Positions 9,283 through 19,925 of a DNA stretch of 64,000 bases are shown here, piece by piece. The notes under the pieces are model-generated. The model was not told the DNA's origin and made no database searches. It saw only the letters and a list, made by a program, of their open reading frames with translations. Position 1 is the first letter of the stretch; each line of letters begins with the position of its first letter. The translations under genes were made by a program, and so were the position numbers. Source of the stretch: Erysipelotrichaceae bacterium (GTDB lineage: Bacteria > Bacillota_I > Bacilli_A > RFN20 > CAG-826); NCBI GenBank assembly GCA_012837435.1, contig DURD01000027.1, positions 12,384 through 76,383 of the forward strand, written 5' to 3'.

Positions 9283-10106
9283 ATTTATTTAAGAGATTCC
9301 GTTTCAATAAAAATATGAAATCGGTAATAAAAAACCCTAACTATCGAATCATTACTGTTGAGCAACCCTTGTCATTAGCCGCCGAGTCTTATCGTCGAAT
9401 TAAAACCTCATTAGAATTCGCTAATGTCGATAAACGTCCACAAGTCATCCAAGTCTGTTCCTCTATTCAAGGTGAAGGTAAGACAGTCACGGTTTTAAAT
9501 CTTGCGGCCACTTATGCCGAAGATGGAAAGAAAGTCATCGTTGTCGATCTCGACTTTAGAAGGCCAAAACTCCATCGTTCGTTTAAAATTGAAAACAAAA
9601 ATGGCATTACTGATGTCCTCGTCGGCAACGTTGGATTAGAAGAAGCTATCAAACACAGCGACAATGGTATCGACTGTTTGAATAGAGGGAGCAAAGTTCC
9701 TTACCCAACCACTATTTTAGGTAGTGAAAACATTAAAGAAGTTTTTAAAGTATTAAGAGCGAATTATGAATATATTATCGTAGATTGTCCTCCCATCCTC
9801 GCGGTGAGTGACGCGACCATTATTTCTAAACTTTGCGATGGCTGTATCTTTGTAGTCTCGCAATCAAAAACAGAAAAGAGCGTGGCTAAAGAAGCCGTCA
9901 AGGTGTTAAAAGATAACACTGTTAATATCTTAGGCTGTGTGTTCTCAAGCATTACCGCTAGAGGCAGTAACTACTATTCGAATAGGTATAGCTATTATTA
10001 TCAAAACTACTACGGTAAAGAAAATGATTCTCACGGTGTGAAGAACGGTAAAGACCAAAATGGAAACGCCGTGGAAGAATTAGAAGAGGGAGCCGATGAG
10101 GATTAA
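9279..10106 (+). CDS. CpsD-like bacterial tyrosine (BY) kinase
   Basis: Walker A GEGKT, Walker A' VVDLDFRRP, Walker B IIVDCPP. C-terminal Tyr cluster YYSNRYSYYYQNYY. Confidence 0.85.
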   Translation: MNLFKRFRFNKNMKSVIKNPNYRIITVEQPLSLAAESYRRIKTSLEFANVDKRPQVIQVCSSIQGEGKTVTVLNLAATYAEDGKKVIVVDLDFRRPKLHRSFKIENKNGITDVLVGNVGLEEAIKHSDNGIDCLNRGSKVPYPTTILGSENIKEVFKVLRANYEYIIVDCPPILAVSDATIISKLCDGCIFVVSQSKTEKSVAKEAVKVLKDNTVNILGCVFSSITARGSNYYSNRYSYYYQNYYGKENDSHGVKNGKDQNGNAVEELEEGADED

Positions 10107-10121
10107 AAAGGATTAATATTG

Positions 10122-10787
10122 ATGATCGATATTCACACTCACATAATCCCTAATGTGGATGATGGTTCTTCATCGATAGAACAGTCTCTAGAGATGATTA
10201 GACAAGAAATCAGTGTGGGGGTGAAAGAAATAGTTTGTACACCCCATCATATTTTGAATCGGTATGAAAAGAGCGTAGAAGAAATTAAAGAAAAGTTCGA
10301 ACAATTACAGCAAGCGGTAGAAGAAAATAAACTGCCAGTAAAGTTATATTTAGGTCAAGAGATTTATTACACGCCGCGTGAGGACATCCTCGCAAAGCTT
10401 GAAAACAAACAACTACTGACTCTAAACAACACCAACAGGGTCCTTCTCGAATTCTCGTTCACTCGAGAACCAGAAGACATTCAAGAAATTATCTATCACT
10501 TCAACATTAAAGGTTACAAAGTTATCGTCGCTCATGTTGAAAGATATGAATGGATAACCTTAGAAAAAGTCTACGCCTTAAAAAGCGAAGGCGCTCTCAT
10601 CCAAGTCAATAGCGGGGCTCTCGTGGGTCTCACCACGGGGAAAGAAAAAAGATTCGTGAAAAAATTATTAAAAAACGATCTCGTCGATATCATCGCTAGC
10701 GATATGCATTCCTTTAGGCCCTCCACCTTAGATAAGGCCCTAAAGATTACTAAAAGAAAAGACTTATTCAGTTTTAAACTCGACTAA
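10122..10787 (+). CDS. CpsB-like PHP-family protein-tyrosine phosphatase
   Basis: MIDIHTHIIPNVDDG, CTPH, AHVERY and ASDMH metal-binding motifs. Confidence 0.85.
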   Translation: MIDIHTHIIPNVDDGSSSIEQSLEMIRQEISVGVKEIVCTPHHILNRYEKSVEEIKEKFEQLQQAVEENKLPVKLYLGQEIYYTPREDILAKLENKQLLTLNNTNRVLLEFSFTREPEDIQEIIYHFNIKGYKVIVAHVERYEWITLEKVYALKSEGALIQVNSGALVGLTTGKEKRFVKKLLKNDLVDIIASDMHSFRPSTLDKALKITKRKDLFSFKLD

Positions 10788-10931
10788 GTCGCTCAGCCAA
10801 ACTTAATTAATTCTAGATTACTTGTTTGAAGCCTTAGGCACTGATAAAGGATTTAGATGCTATCTCTCTAACGATATTAAGGTTTAATATCTAATGACCG
10901 AGTATGCTTAAAATAAGGAATAACATTTATT

Positions 10932-11465
10932 ATGTACTACGTAGTTCAAGTTAAAACCGGAGATGAAGAAAAAACTATCGAGGCGATTAAAAGGCAACTA
11001 GGAAATAAAAAGGGCTTCGATGTTTTCGCACCGTACCGTAAAGTGCTAAGAAAATATCGCGGTGTTCAAAGAGAAGTTATTCAAAGATGTTTTCCTGGTT
11101 ATATCTTCGTGGAGACCGATCAACCCAAAGAGTTATTTTTTACTTTGTTCTTTACTCCTAAATATACGAAGATGTTAGGTCGAGAAGGTTTAACATATAA
11201 ATTTGTTCCTTTAAATAAAGATGAAGCGCGGATGATTGATATCTTATATAGCAAGAACAGCAATAGAGTTACAGAGATTAGCAACATCGAAGTCGAAGTG
11301 GGACAAAAGATTAAAGTTTTAGATGGTCCTCTTTCTGGCTTAGAAACCCAAATTAAGAAAGTAAATTTACATAAAAGAACAGTGACAGTTTCGTTTATGA
11401 TGTGCGGCAGACTAGTGGACGCTGATGTATCTATCAACATCATTACCGACATTATCAATAAATAA
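10932..11465 (+). CDS. NusG-family paralog (LoaP/UpxY-like specialised antiterminator)
   Basis: 177 aa. NGN-like N-terminus (MYYVVQVKTGDEEK...GYIFVE) plus a KOW-like GQKIKVLDGPLSGLETQIKKV. It lies inside the polysaccharide locus. Confidence 0.7.
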   Translation: MYYVVQVKTGDEEKTIEAIKRQLGNKKGFDVFAPYRKVLRKYRGVQREVIQRCFPGYIFVETDQPKELFFTLFFTPKYTKMLGREGLTYKFVPLNKDEARMIDILYSKNSNRVTEISNIEVEVGQKIKVLDGPLSGLETQIKKVNLHKRTVTVSFMMCGRLVDADVSINIITDIINK

Positions 11466-11477
11466 CATTCAGACATT

Positions 11478-13418
11478 ATGTCCAAAAGAGTTAAAGTTAA
11501 AAAATATCTATCTAACGTATCGATTAGATGGGCTCTAGTTTTTTATGACGTTTTGGTCTTTACCGCGGTCATGGCTCTAGCCCTAGTTCCGTATATGTAT
11601 TTAGAGCCAGAAATTGTTAATTATGATTGGCTCGATATCTTATGGCATTATCTAATCGGTTTAGGTTCGCTTTTATTAGGTAGATTATTATTTCACGTTT
11701 ATGGTCAAATCTGGCGATATGGTGGGGTCGGTTCATTTTTGAGATTGATACTGGCCGATACCGCGGCTTTGATACTATATTACGTTTTGCAATTAGTTAT
11801 TCCGGGCGTTGCAACTTTTAAATTTTTTGTCATCCTCGGACTTTTTGCCATCGATTTAGTCGTCATTCTGACTTTGAGAATGATGTATCGTTTCCTTTAT
11901 AAGAAACTTAATAGAAAAACTAAATTTGGTAGTTTCTTGACAAAAGCTATTAACTTTTTGGGCCGCTGCGATTGGTCTTTAGACGAAGGCAATTTTGGGA
12001 ACAAAATTAAAATCGCTATCTTAGGCGCGGGACGTTTAGGTACAAGTTTAGCCGAAGAATTATTAAACAATCCTAGCTCTTCTTATGAACCCGTTTGCTT
12101 TATCGATGCGGATAAAGAAAAGTTGGGTCGAGAAGTATATGGTAAAGAAGTATTAGAAAATAACGGAAACGCCATTAATCGATTGAAAAATGAATTCGGT
12201 GTTCAAGAAGTAGTATTTGCTCTCCCTTATCGAGACGATATTGATAGAAAAGGCTTATACGATAAATATAAAGCCGCGGGATTTAAGATTAAGTCCTATG
12301 ACTATCCGTCAATGCAGACCACGGGTAGAGGCAAGAGATCATTAAGAGATTTTGATGTGGAAGAATTATTGTTTAGAAAAGAACAAGAAGTCATCACAGA
12401 AGAAACAATCAACTATTATAAAGATAAAGTAGTTTTAATCACTGGTGGTGGGGGTTCGATAGGCGGAGAGTTATCTCGACAAATCGCCAGCATGGAACCT
12501 AAACAACTGGTGTTATTAGATATATATGAAAATGGGGTCTATGACATCCAACAAGAATTAAAGATTACCTATAATCACAAAATCAATTTGCAAATAGAAA
12601 TATGTTCCGTCACTAATTATGACGCTCTAGAAAGAGTATTTAAAACCTATAAACCCAATATCGTCATTATGGCGGCTGCGCATAAGCACGTCCCCCTCAT
12701 GGAACATAATGTCTGTGAAGCCATTGATAACAACGTCTTCGGGACTTTAAATACCGTGCTTCTCTCAGAAAAATATAAAGCCGATAGAGTACACATGGTC
12801 TCAACCGATAAAGCGGTTAATCCCACGAACGTCATGGGGGCCACGAAGAGAATGTGCGAGATGATTGTTTTAAATCACGCCGCTAGAAAGCAACATACTA
12901 CTTTCTCCGCGACGAGATTTGGTAACGTCCTTGGTAGTGCTGGTTCAGTAATACCCCTATTTAAAATGCAAATCGCTAATGGAGGTCCTGTAACCGTTAC
13001 TGATAAGAGAATCGTTAGATACTTCATGACTATACCAGAAGCCTCACAATTAGTGCTCCACTCAGTGACCATCGCTAAGAACGGCGAACTGATGGTATTA
13101 GATATGGGTCAACCCGTTAAGATCTATGAACTGGCGGTTAACATTATTAAACTCTCAGGCTTTGAACCAGGAAAAGACATCGAAATTAAAGAAACGGGAT
13201 TAAGACCAGGCGAGAAACTGTATGAAGAAATACTGACTAAATCAGAAACTCTAAAAAGCACCAAAAATAAGAAAATCTTTATTGAGAAAGATAAACCAAT
13301 CACTGACAGAGAGTTAGAAGAAAAACTAAACAAATTAAAAGAGGCTGTCGTTTCTAGAGACAATAAAATCGGTATTAAAGCACTACTAGAGTGTGTTCCC
13401 ACATACAAAGAATTATGA
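11478..13418 (+). CDS. CapD/PglF-like membrane-bound UDP-sugar 4,6-dehydratase
   Basis: N-terminal TM helices; Rossmann ITGGGGSIG; STDKAVNPTNVMGATKR catalytic region. Confidence 0.85.
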   Translation: MSKRVKVKKYLSNVSIRWALVFYDVLVFTAVMALALVPYMYLEPEIVNYDWLDILWHYLIGLGSLLLGRLLFHVYGQIWRYGGVGSFLRLILADTAALILYYVLQLVIPGVATFKFFVILGLFAIDLVVILTLRMMYRFLYKKLNRKTKFGSFLTKAINFLGRCDWSLDEGNFGNKIKIAILGAGRLGTSLAEELLNNPSSSYEPVCFIDADKEKLGREVYGKEVLENNGNAINRLKNEFGVQEVVFALPYRDDIDRKGLYDKYKAAGFKIKSYDYPSMQTTGRGKRSLRDFDVEELLFRKEQEVITEETINYYKDKVVLITGGGGSIGGELSRQIASMEPKQLVLLDIYENGVYDIQQELKITYNHKINLQIEICSVTNYDALERVFKTYKPNIVIMAAAHKHVPLMEHNVCEAIDNNVFGTLNTVLLSEKYKADRVHMVSTDKAVNPTNVMGATKRMCEMIVLNHAARKQHTTFSATRFGNVLGSAGSVIPLFKMQIANGGPVTVTDKRIVRYFMTIPEASQLVLHSVTIAKNGELMVLDMGQPVKIYELAVNIIKLSGFEPGKDIEIKETGLRPGEKLYEEILTKSETLKSTKNKKIFIEKDKPITDRELEEKLNKLKEAVVSRDNKIGIKALLECVPTYKEL

Positions 13419-13464
13419 TAAATGTCTAATCATAGAGCAAGTCAAGGTCAAATAATTATGTAGA

Positions 13465-13495
13465 AAACGCTCAATGATTATTCGAGCGTTTTTTT
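13465..13495 (+). terminator. Rho-independent terminator after the capD-like gene
   Basis: Stem AAACGCTC (13465-13472) / GAGCGTTT (13484-13491), 11-nt loop, T-run. Confidence 0.7.
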
Positions 13496-13534
13496 CAAAT
13501 GCTAAGATGAACATATATTAAAAAGGAGCATTTT

Positions 13535-14206
13535 ATGAATTACTTAATAGTAGTAGCACATCCTGATGATGAAGTTTTGGGGGCAGGAGCAACAATAAAC
13601 AAGTTAATTAAAGAAGGACATAACGTTGCAATAGCCACTATGTCTAGCAGCGCTTCTGCTCGGTCGGGTATTTCTGATACTTTAATTGAGGATAGAGCAA
13701 GAGCTTATAAAATTTTGGGTATAGATAAGACATATAGTGCTGATTTTCCTAATATTAAAATGAATACTGTCCCGCACTTAGACCTAGTTAAATTTATCGA
13801 AAATTGCATTGAGGATTTCAGAGCCGATGTTGTAATCACTCATCATCCGGCAGACTTAAACAATGATCATGTTCAGACTTCATACGCCGTTCAAGCCGCA
13901 TCAAGACTTTTTCAGAGAAAAGAAGGATTTACTGTTTTAAAAGAACTAATGTATATGGAAGTTCCCTCTTCCACAGAATGGAGCCTCGACTCTTCAATTA
14001 ATCGTTTTGTGCCAAACTATTTTGTAGAAATTGGCGAGGAAGGCGTGAAAACAAAATTAGAGGCTGCAAAAGCATACAAAGGCATTATGAGACCTTACCC
14101 GCACCCTAGGAGTACTGAATTTATAAAAAGTCTTGCGGCATATAGAGGCTCCCAAGCTGGTTGCAATTACGCTGAGGCTTTTGAATGCGTGTTTAGGAGA
14201 ATGTGA
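13535..14206 (+). CDS. PIG-L/LmbE-family deacetylase
   Basis: AHPDDEVLGAG and HPADLNNDH zinc-site motifs. AAAGGAG RBS upstream. Confidence 0.75.
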   Translation: MNYLIVVAHPDDEVLGAGATINKLIKEGHNVAIATMSSSASARSGISDTLIEDRARAYKILGIDKTYSADFPNIKMNTVPHLDLVKFIENCIEDFRADVVITHHPADLNNDHVQTSYAVQAASRLFQRKEGFTVLKELMYMEVPSSTEWSLDSSINRFVPNYFVEIGEEGVKTKLEAAKAYKGIMRPYPHPRSTEFIKSLAAYRGSQAGCNYAEAFECVFRRM

Positions 14207-14211
14207 TATAG

Positions 14212-14883
14212 GTGTACAAATTTTTTAAACGACTATTTGATATCCTTCTTTCTTTTTTCGGAATAATATTATCATCACCAATTTGGATTTTGACGATTAT
14301 TGGAATACTCATCAGTGATTTTGGTCCAATTTTTTACGTTGCTAATAGAATAGGAAAAGACAACAAAGAATTCAAAATGTATAAATTTCGATCAATGAGA
14401 ACGTTGAAAGAAAAGGAAGAGGGCAGTGAGTCGTCACTTCGGCCTGAAACTAATAGAATTTTTCCTTGGGGCAAAGTTATTAGAAAATTGAAAATTGATG
14501 AATTACCTCAACTTTTTAATATTCTGAATGGAACAATGTCCATTGTTGGGCCTCGCCCCGTAGCAAAAGATCAATTTGAAATTTTTAGAACTGGAAAATA
14601 TGAAAAAACCAAGACAGTAAGACCTGGTTTGACTGGCCCAGCGGCCTTGTATGATTACATATATGGTGATAAATTTGAGGATTCAAATGTTGAAGAATAC
14701 GAAGAAAAAGTCCTTCCAACAAGAAAAGAATTAGAACTAGTTTATGTTAAAAAAATAGGTTTCTTTTTCGATGCTTGGATATTTTTTGAAACTGCATGGT
14801 GTGTTATTTGTAAGATCTTCGGAAAAAAAAACAAAAGATTATTAAAGAAGTTAATCAAAATGGCTGAGGAGAACAATGAATGA
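14212..14883 (+). CDS. Small initiating phosphoglycosyl transferase (bacterial sugar transferase family)
   Basis: GTG start. FKRLFDILLS N-terminal reentrant helix, KFRSM, DELPQLFNILNGTMSIVGPRP. Confidence 0.85.
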   Translation: MYKFFKRLFDILLSFFGIILSSPIWILTIIGILISDFGPIFYVANRIGKDNKEFKMYKFRSMRTLKEKEEGSESSLRPETNRIFPWGKVIRKLKIDELPQLFNILNGTMSIVGPRPVAKDQFEIFRTGKYEKTKTVRPGLTGPAALYDYIYGDKFEDSNVEEYEEKVLPTRKELELVYVKKIGFFFDAWIFFETAWCVICKIFGKKNKRLLKKLIKMAEENNE

Positions 14884-15707
14884 AAATATTAGTTACTGGC
14901 GCAGCTGGGATGATTGGTAGTCATCTAGTCAAGTCTCTTAAGAAAAGAGGGTACAAAGTAATAGGTTTGGACATTAGAGAGGCTGAAGAAGTATTTGTTT
15001 GTGATTTGGGAAAAAAAGAAAAATTAGAAAAAATTGTCAAAAATAAAAAAATGGATAGAATAATTCATCTTGCTGCTTTAGCTCATGCAGTGAGTGGAAA
15101 AAAATATACTAGAAAAATGTACGAATATTCAAATATAGAATGTGCAAAAAATGTTTTTAATGTTGCTAGAGATAATAAAATTCCAGTTCTTTTTATTAGT
15201 ACTGTTGATGTGTTTGGGTTTCAAAAAGGTATCGTAGATACTCAAACGGAATGTCGCCCAATTACTATCTATGGCAAAACCAAGTATGAGGCCGAGCAAC
15301 TATTAAGAAACAGCGGCGCAAATTATACTATTTTCAGATTATCACCAGTTTATTCGGAAGACGAAAAAAGAGATATCCAAAAAAGAATTTATCTCAGATA
15401 TCCTAATTGGGCATATCAAATTGGAAAAAATACTCAGTATGAAGTCTTGCATTTAGATAAAGCAATCGAAGAAATGATTAAGTGGTGCGGTTCTAAACCA
15501 AAAAATGAGATACGCATTATCAAGGACGAACAGCCAATGAATAGTGTCGACTATATAGAGAAAGAAAAAACTCTAGGAAAAGCAAAGCATGTTGTGAAAA
15601 TCCCAAGATGGTTAGCAACACTAGGATATGTTGTTCTTAGAATTACTGGTAAAAACAAGTATACTTTTTTATTGAATAAGGCAATTAATCCATTAAGAAG
15701 CGAATAA
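14880..15707 (+). CDS. NAD-dependent epimerase/dehydratase (SDR)
   Basis: VTGAAGMIGSHL Rossmann motif and YGKTK (YxxxK). Confidence 0.7.
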   Translation: MKILVTGAAGMIGSHLVKSLKKRGYKVIGLDIREAEEVFVCDLGKKEKLEKIVKNKKMDRIIHLAALAHAVSGKKYTRKMYEYSNIECAKNVFNVARDNKIPVLFISTVDVFGFQKGIVDTQTECRPITIYGKTKYEAEQLLRNSGANYTIFRLSPVYSEDEKRDIQKRIYLRYPNWAYQIGKNTQYEVLHLDKAIEEMIKWCGSKPKNEIRIIKDEQPMNSVDYIEKEKTLGKAKHVVKIPRWLATLGYVVLRITGKNKYTFLLNKAINPLRSE

Positions 15708-15793
15708 TGTGCGACAAGAGTGCTTTAACTCATCCTACTCCCGTAGATTGATGCGAATTTAATTGTTTTTAGTTAAAAGTTATTTGAAAAACG

Positions 15794-16960
15794 ATGTCAA
15801 AAAATATTATCTATAAAGGATTGAGAATACTCATAGCAGAAGGCCGAGCTCGTCAATGCTTGCCTTTGATTCGTTCTTTTAAAAAACAGGGATGCATCGT
15901 TGCTGCATTATGTCGTTCTAAACTTGATGTAGCATATGCATCTCGTTATACTGACAAGCGTATTATTGGGGTTTGCGATGACGAAAAAGAAGAAGAAACT
16001 ACTTCTCAAATTCGCAATCTTCTCAAAACAGGCGAATACGATATTGTCGTCCCGACCACAGATTTCATCGCACGTATTCTTTCAAAAAACAAAATTGAAT
16101 TTAGCAAATATGCAAAGATTGCTTCTAATGATTGGGAGATTTTTCAGTTGGCTGGTGACAAAAGCAAAACAATGGAAATATGTATGAAAAACGATATCCC
16201 ATGCCCCTCCACACTATTGGATGTCAAATGCTTGGAAGACATTTTGAATTCTACGATTGCGTTCCCAATCGTTATGAAACCAAAAGTAGGGTTCGGTGCT
16301 ATTGGTTTTAAAGTTGTAAAATCAAAAGAAGAAATGATAAAACTTTCACCATTAATACACGACTATGGCTCTTACGTATTTCAAGAGTATATTCCTCAAA
16401 CTGATATTCAGTATGAATGTGCAATGTTTATTGACAACGATAATAATGTAAAAACTTCTGTCGTATTCAGTAAAAATAGATGGTTTCCAATCAGTGGAGG
16501 TTCGAGTACCTTAAATATAACAGTTGATAGGCCAGATATAATTGAAAGCTGTAAAAAATTATTACAGTTGATAAACTGGAGGGGTGCTGCTGATGTTGAT
16601 TTTATACAAGACCCTAGAGATGGAATTGCGAAAATTATGGAAATAAATCCACGTGTTTCTGGAAGTGTTAAGATTACTTTTGACGCAGGTACGGATCAAG
16701 GGTTGCAAATGATTCAATTGTTGTTAGGTAATGATGTTACAGATTTTAACAAATATGAATATGGTAGACGTCTTCGTTGTTCTCAAACTGATTTGCTTTG
16801 GTTTATTAAATCTCCAAATAGATTTAAAAGCAAACCGTCGTGGTTTAGTAATTATAAAACTCGTGACCAAATTTTTTATTGGTCTGATCCTTGGCCATAT
16901 TTTGCATTTAGTCTCTCAGGATTGTTTCGGTATAAAAGGGAGATGAAAAAGAGAAGCTAA
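15794..16960 (+). CDS. ATP-grasp ligase
   Basis: MKPKVGFGAIGF, FQEYIP and MEINPR motifs of the ATP-grasp fold. Confidence 0.7.
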   Translation: MSKNIIYKGLRILIAEGRARQCLPLIRSFKKQGCIVAALCRSKLDVAYASRYTDKRIIGVCDDEKEEETTSQIRNLLKTGEYDIVVPTTDFIARILSKNKIEFSKYAKIASNDWEIFQLAGDKSKTMEICMKNDIPCPSTLLDVKCLEDILNSTIAFPIVMKPKVGFGAIGFKVVKSKEEMIKLSPLIHDYGSYVFQEYIPQTDIQYECAMFIDNDNNVKTSVVFSKNRWFPISGGSSTLNITVDRPDIIESCKKLLQLINWRGAADVDFIQDPRDGIAKIMEINPRVSGSVKITFDAGTDQGLQMIQLLLGNDVTDFNKYEYGRRLRCSQTDLLWFIKSPNRFKSKPSWFSNYKTRDQIFYWSDPWPYFAFSLSGLFRYKREMKKRS

Positions 16961-17072
16961 TTGTAAAAATATTTAAGGATTGTAGTAAGAAAACAAAGAC
17001 ACCCTTGGAGGAAAAATTGAAAAAGTCTTCAAAATTTATTACGAATTCTGTATAGCAGAGAAGGAAAACATT

Positions 17073-18275
17073 ATGAAAATAGTGGTCGCAGGAGCAGGAT
17101 ATGTTGGCTTATCAATAGCGGTATTATTATCGCAAAACCATCATGTTGAATTGGTGGACGTTATTCCTAAAAAGGTAGACAAAATTAATAATAGGATTAG
17201 TCCCATTCAAGATGAATATATTGAAAAATATTTTAAAGAAAACAAACTCAACTTATTAGCGACGCTAGACAGCACATCTGCCTATAAGGATGCTGATTTT
17301 ATTGTTATTGCAACACCTACTAACTACGATTCCAAAAAGAATTTTTTTGATACTTCTTTAGTGGAACAAGTTATTGAATTAGTGTTATCAGTGAATCCAA
17401 CTGCAATGATGGTTATCAAATCTACAGTACCTGTTGGATACACTAAATTAATTAGAGAAAAATATCGTACGAACAACATCATGTTTAGTCCTGAATTTTT
17501 AAGAGAATCTAAAGCCTTAGAAGATAATTTGTATCCATCCCGCATTATTGTGGGATGCGAAAAAGATCAAACGGAAAAAGCCAAACAATTCGGAGAGCTA
17601 CTAAAAGAAGGCGCCATCAAGAAAGATGTACCTATTTTAATTATGGGATTAACAGAAGCTGAAGCGGTTAAACTATTTGCCAATACGTATTTGGCGCTAC
17701 GTGTCAGTTATTTTAATGAATTAGACACATATGCTGAAAGCAAAGGACTAGATACCAAATCAATTATTGAAGGTGTTTGTTTAGATCCAAGAATTGGCAC
17801 ACATTACAATAACCCATCGTTTGGTTATGGCGGATATTGTTTGCCGAAAGATACTAAACAATTAAGAGCTAATTTTGATAATGTTCCAGAAAATTTAATA
17901 AGTGCAATTATTGAATCCAATAGAACGAGAAAAGATTTTATCACAGATAGAGTTTTGAGTATGGCAAATTTTACAGAAGATAATGCAAAAAACATTACCA
18001 TTGGAGTATATAGATTAACGATGAAAACTGGTAGTGACAATTTTAGATCTTCCTCCATCCAAGGAATTATGAAAAGAATCAAAGCCAAGGGTGTAGAAGT
18101 TATCATCTATGAACCAATATTAGAAGACGGGAGTGAGTTTTTTGGAAGTGTAGTTGTGAACGATTTTGGTGTATTCAAGAAGAGAAGTGATGCGATTATA
18201 ACCAATAGATATGATAGTAAACTTGATGCTGTTAAAAATAAGGTTTATACTAGAGATTTGTTCAGGAGAGATTAA
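17073..18275 (+). CDS. ugd: UDP-glucose 6-dehydrogenase
   Basis: GAGYVGLS Rossmann motif and the catalytic GGYCLPKD. Confidence 0.9.
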   Translation: MKIVVAGAGYVGLSIAVLLSQNHHVELVDVIPKKVDKINNRISPIQDEYIEKYFKENKLNLLATLDSTSAYKDADFIVIATPTNYDSKKNFFDTSLVEQVIELVLSVNPTAMMVIKSTVPVGYTKLIREKYRTNNIMFSPEFLRESKALEDNLYPSRIIVGCEKDQTEKAKQFGELLKEGAIKKDVPILIMGLTEAEAVKLFANTYLALRVSYFNELDTYAESKGLDTKSIIEGVCLDPRIGTHYNNPSFGYGGYCLPKDTKQLRANFDNVPENLISAIIESNRTRKDFITDRVLSMANFTEDNAKNITIGVYRLTMKTGSDNFRSSSIQGIMKRIKAKGVEVIIYEPILEDGSEFFGSVVVNDFGVFKKRSDAIITNRYDSKLDAVKNKVYTRDLFRRD

Positions 18276-18291
18276 AACAAGGAGCAAAGAA

Positions 18292-18774
18292 ATGAAAGAA
18301 AAAATACTAAAACTTATTGAGAATAATTCTCGTTTATCAACATCTGACATTGCTAAATTGCTTGGTGAACAAGAAAAGGATGTAATAACTGCAATTGGTG
18401 AATTAGAAGCCGGTAAAATTATATGTGGTTATAACACTATCATTAATTGGGACAAAGTAGTTGAAGAAAAGTGTAATGCTCTTATTGAAGTAAAAGCCTC
18501 TCCTCAAAGGGGCGTTGGATTTGATGCCATCGCATCGAGAATATCCAGATATGATGAAGTTGACTCTGTGTATTTGATATCTGGTGGATTTGACTTTTTG
18601 GTACAAATTAAAGGAAAATCAATGAAAGAAGTCTCTTCTTTTGTATTTGATAAGTTATCAACTTTAGATCAAATCCAATCAACTGCAACACATTTTGTAC
18701 TCAAAAAATACAAAGACCACGGAGTATTTATAGAAGAAAAACCAAAAAATAAAAGAGAAAATATCATTCTATGA
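18292..18774 (+). CDS. Lrp/AsnC-family transcriptional regulator
   Basis: The ATG at 18292 follows an AAGGAG RBS; the ORF-track start at 18211 overlaps ugd. HTH LSTSDIAKLLG plus a C-terminal RAM-like domain. Confidence 0.8.
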   Translation: MKEKILKLIENNSRLSTSDIAKLLGEQEKDVITAIGELEAGKIICGYNTIINWDKVVEEKCNALIEVKASPQRGVGFDAIASRISRYDEVDSVYLISGGFDFLVQIKGKSMKEVSSFVFDKLSTLDQIQSTATHFVLKKYKDHGVFIEEKPKNKRENIIL

Positions 18775-19925
18775 GAGATTTTACTTCTGACAGAATAAAA
18801 GCAATAAAACCATCTGGAATAAGAAAATTCTTTGAAATTGCATCTACCATTGAAGATTGTGTTTCGTTGGGGGTAGGCGAGCCTGATTTTGACACGCCTT
18901 GGCACATTACCGAAGAAGGAATCTATGCTTTAGAAAAAGGCAAGACTTTCTATACATCGAATTCAGGACTACCTGAACTGAGAGAAGAAATTTCCAAATG
19001 GAATAAAAGAAAATACAATCTAAATTATTCAAAAGATGAAATAGTTGTTACAGTGGGTGGATCAGAGGCAATAGACATAGCGTTACGCTGCTGTATCAAT
19101 CCTAGTGATGAAGTAATTATTTTAGAACCTTGTTACGTTTGCTATGAACCTGACATTATTTTAGCGGGCGGTATAGTTAATAAAATTCAATTGAAGAGCG
19201 AAAACGAATTTAAAATTGCACCAGAGGAACTAGAATCTGCAATTACTCCAAAAACTAAAATAGTAATTATGAATTATCCTAATAATCCAACAGGAGCAAT
19301 TATGGAAAAAAAAGATTTAGAAAAAATTGCTGAAGTAATAATTAAACACGACTTGTTAGTCATTTCGGATGAAATATATAGTGAACTGACATACTCTAAC
19401 AATCATGTATCTATAGGTAGTTTGCCAAATATGAGAGAAAGAACCATTGTCATTAATGGTTTTAGCAAAGCCTATTCAATGACTGGGTGGAGATTAGGTT
19501 ATGTTATGGCAGATAAAGCAATTATGGAACAGATGAAAAAAATTCATCAATTTGTGATTATGTGTGCTCCAACAATTAGTCAATATGCAGCCATTGAAGC
19601 ATTGAAAAATGGTGACAAAGACATTGAAATGATGAAAGAACAATACGATGGAAGAAGAAGATATTTCTTATCGGAATTAGATAGATTAGGAATACCTTGC
19701 TTTGAACCAAAAGGTGCGTTTTATTTATTTCCAGATATTAGAAAATTTGGAATGACAAGCGAGGTCTTCGCTACTGATTTATTGAACAAACAACGTGTCG
19801 TAGTGGTGCCTGGTACTGCTTTTGGTGATAATGGTGAAGGATTTGTAAGAATTAGTTATGCATATTCTCTAAATGCTCTTAAAGAGGCCATCAAGAGAAT
19901 TGAACAATATATAACCAATTTGTAA
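18771..19925 (+). CDS. Class I/II PLP-dependent aminotransferase
   Basis: NPTG and SKAYSMTGWRLGY (PLP lysine). ATGA overlap with the AsnC-family gene. Confidence 0.85.
   Translation: MRDFTSDRIKAIKPSGIRKFFEIASTIEDCVSLGVGEPDFDTPWHITEEGIYALEKGKTFYTSNSGLPELREEISKWNKRKYNLNYSKDEIVVTVGGSEAIDIALRCCINPSDEVIILEPCYVCYEPDIILAGGIVNKIQLKSENEFKIAPEELESAITPKTKIVIMNYPNNPTGAIMEKKDLEKIAEVIIKHDLLVISDEIYSELTYSNNHVSIGSLPNMRERTIVINGFSKAYSMTGWRLGYVMADKAIMEQMKKIHQFVIMCAPTISQYAAIEALKNGDKDIEMMKEQYDGRRRYFLSELDRLGIPCFEPKGAFYLFPDIRKFGMTSEVFATDLLNKQRVVVVPGTAFGDNGEGFVRISYAYSLNALKEAIKRIEQYITNL

Noticed and set aside
15936-16187. Alternative-frame + strand ORFs (15936-16187, 16731-16946, 37391-37585, 51736-51930)
   Set aside because: They are nested in other frames of well-supported CDSs (ATP-grasp, S8 peptidase, gdhA) and carry no motifs or RBS.
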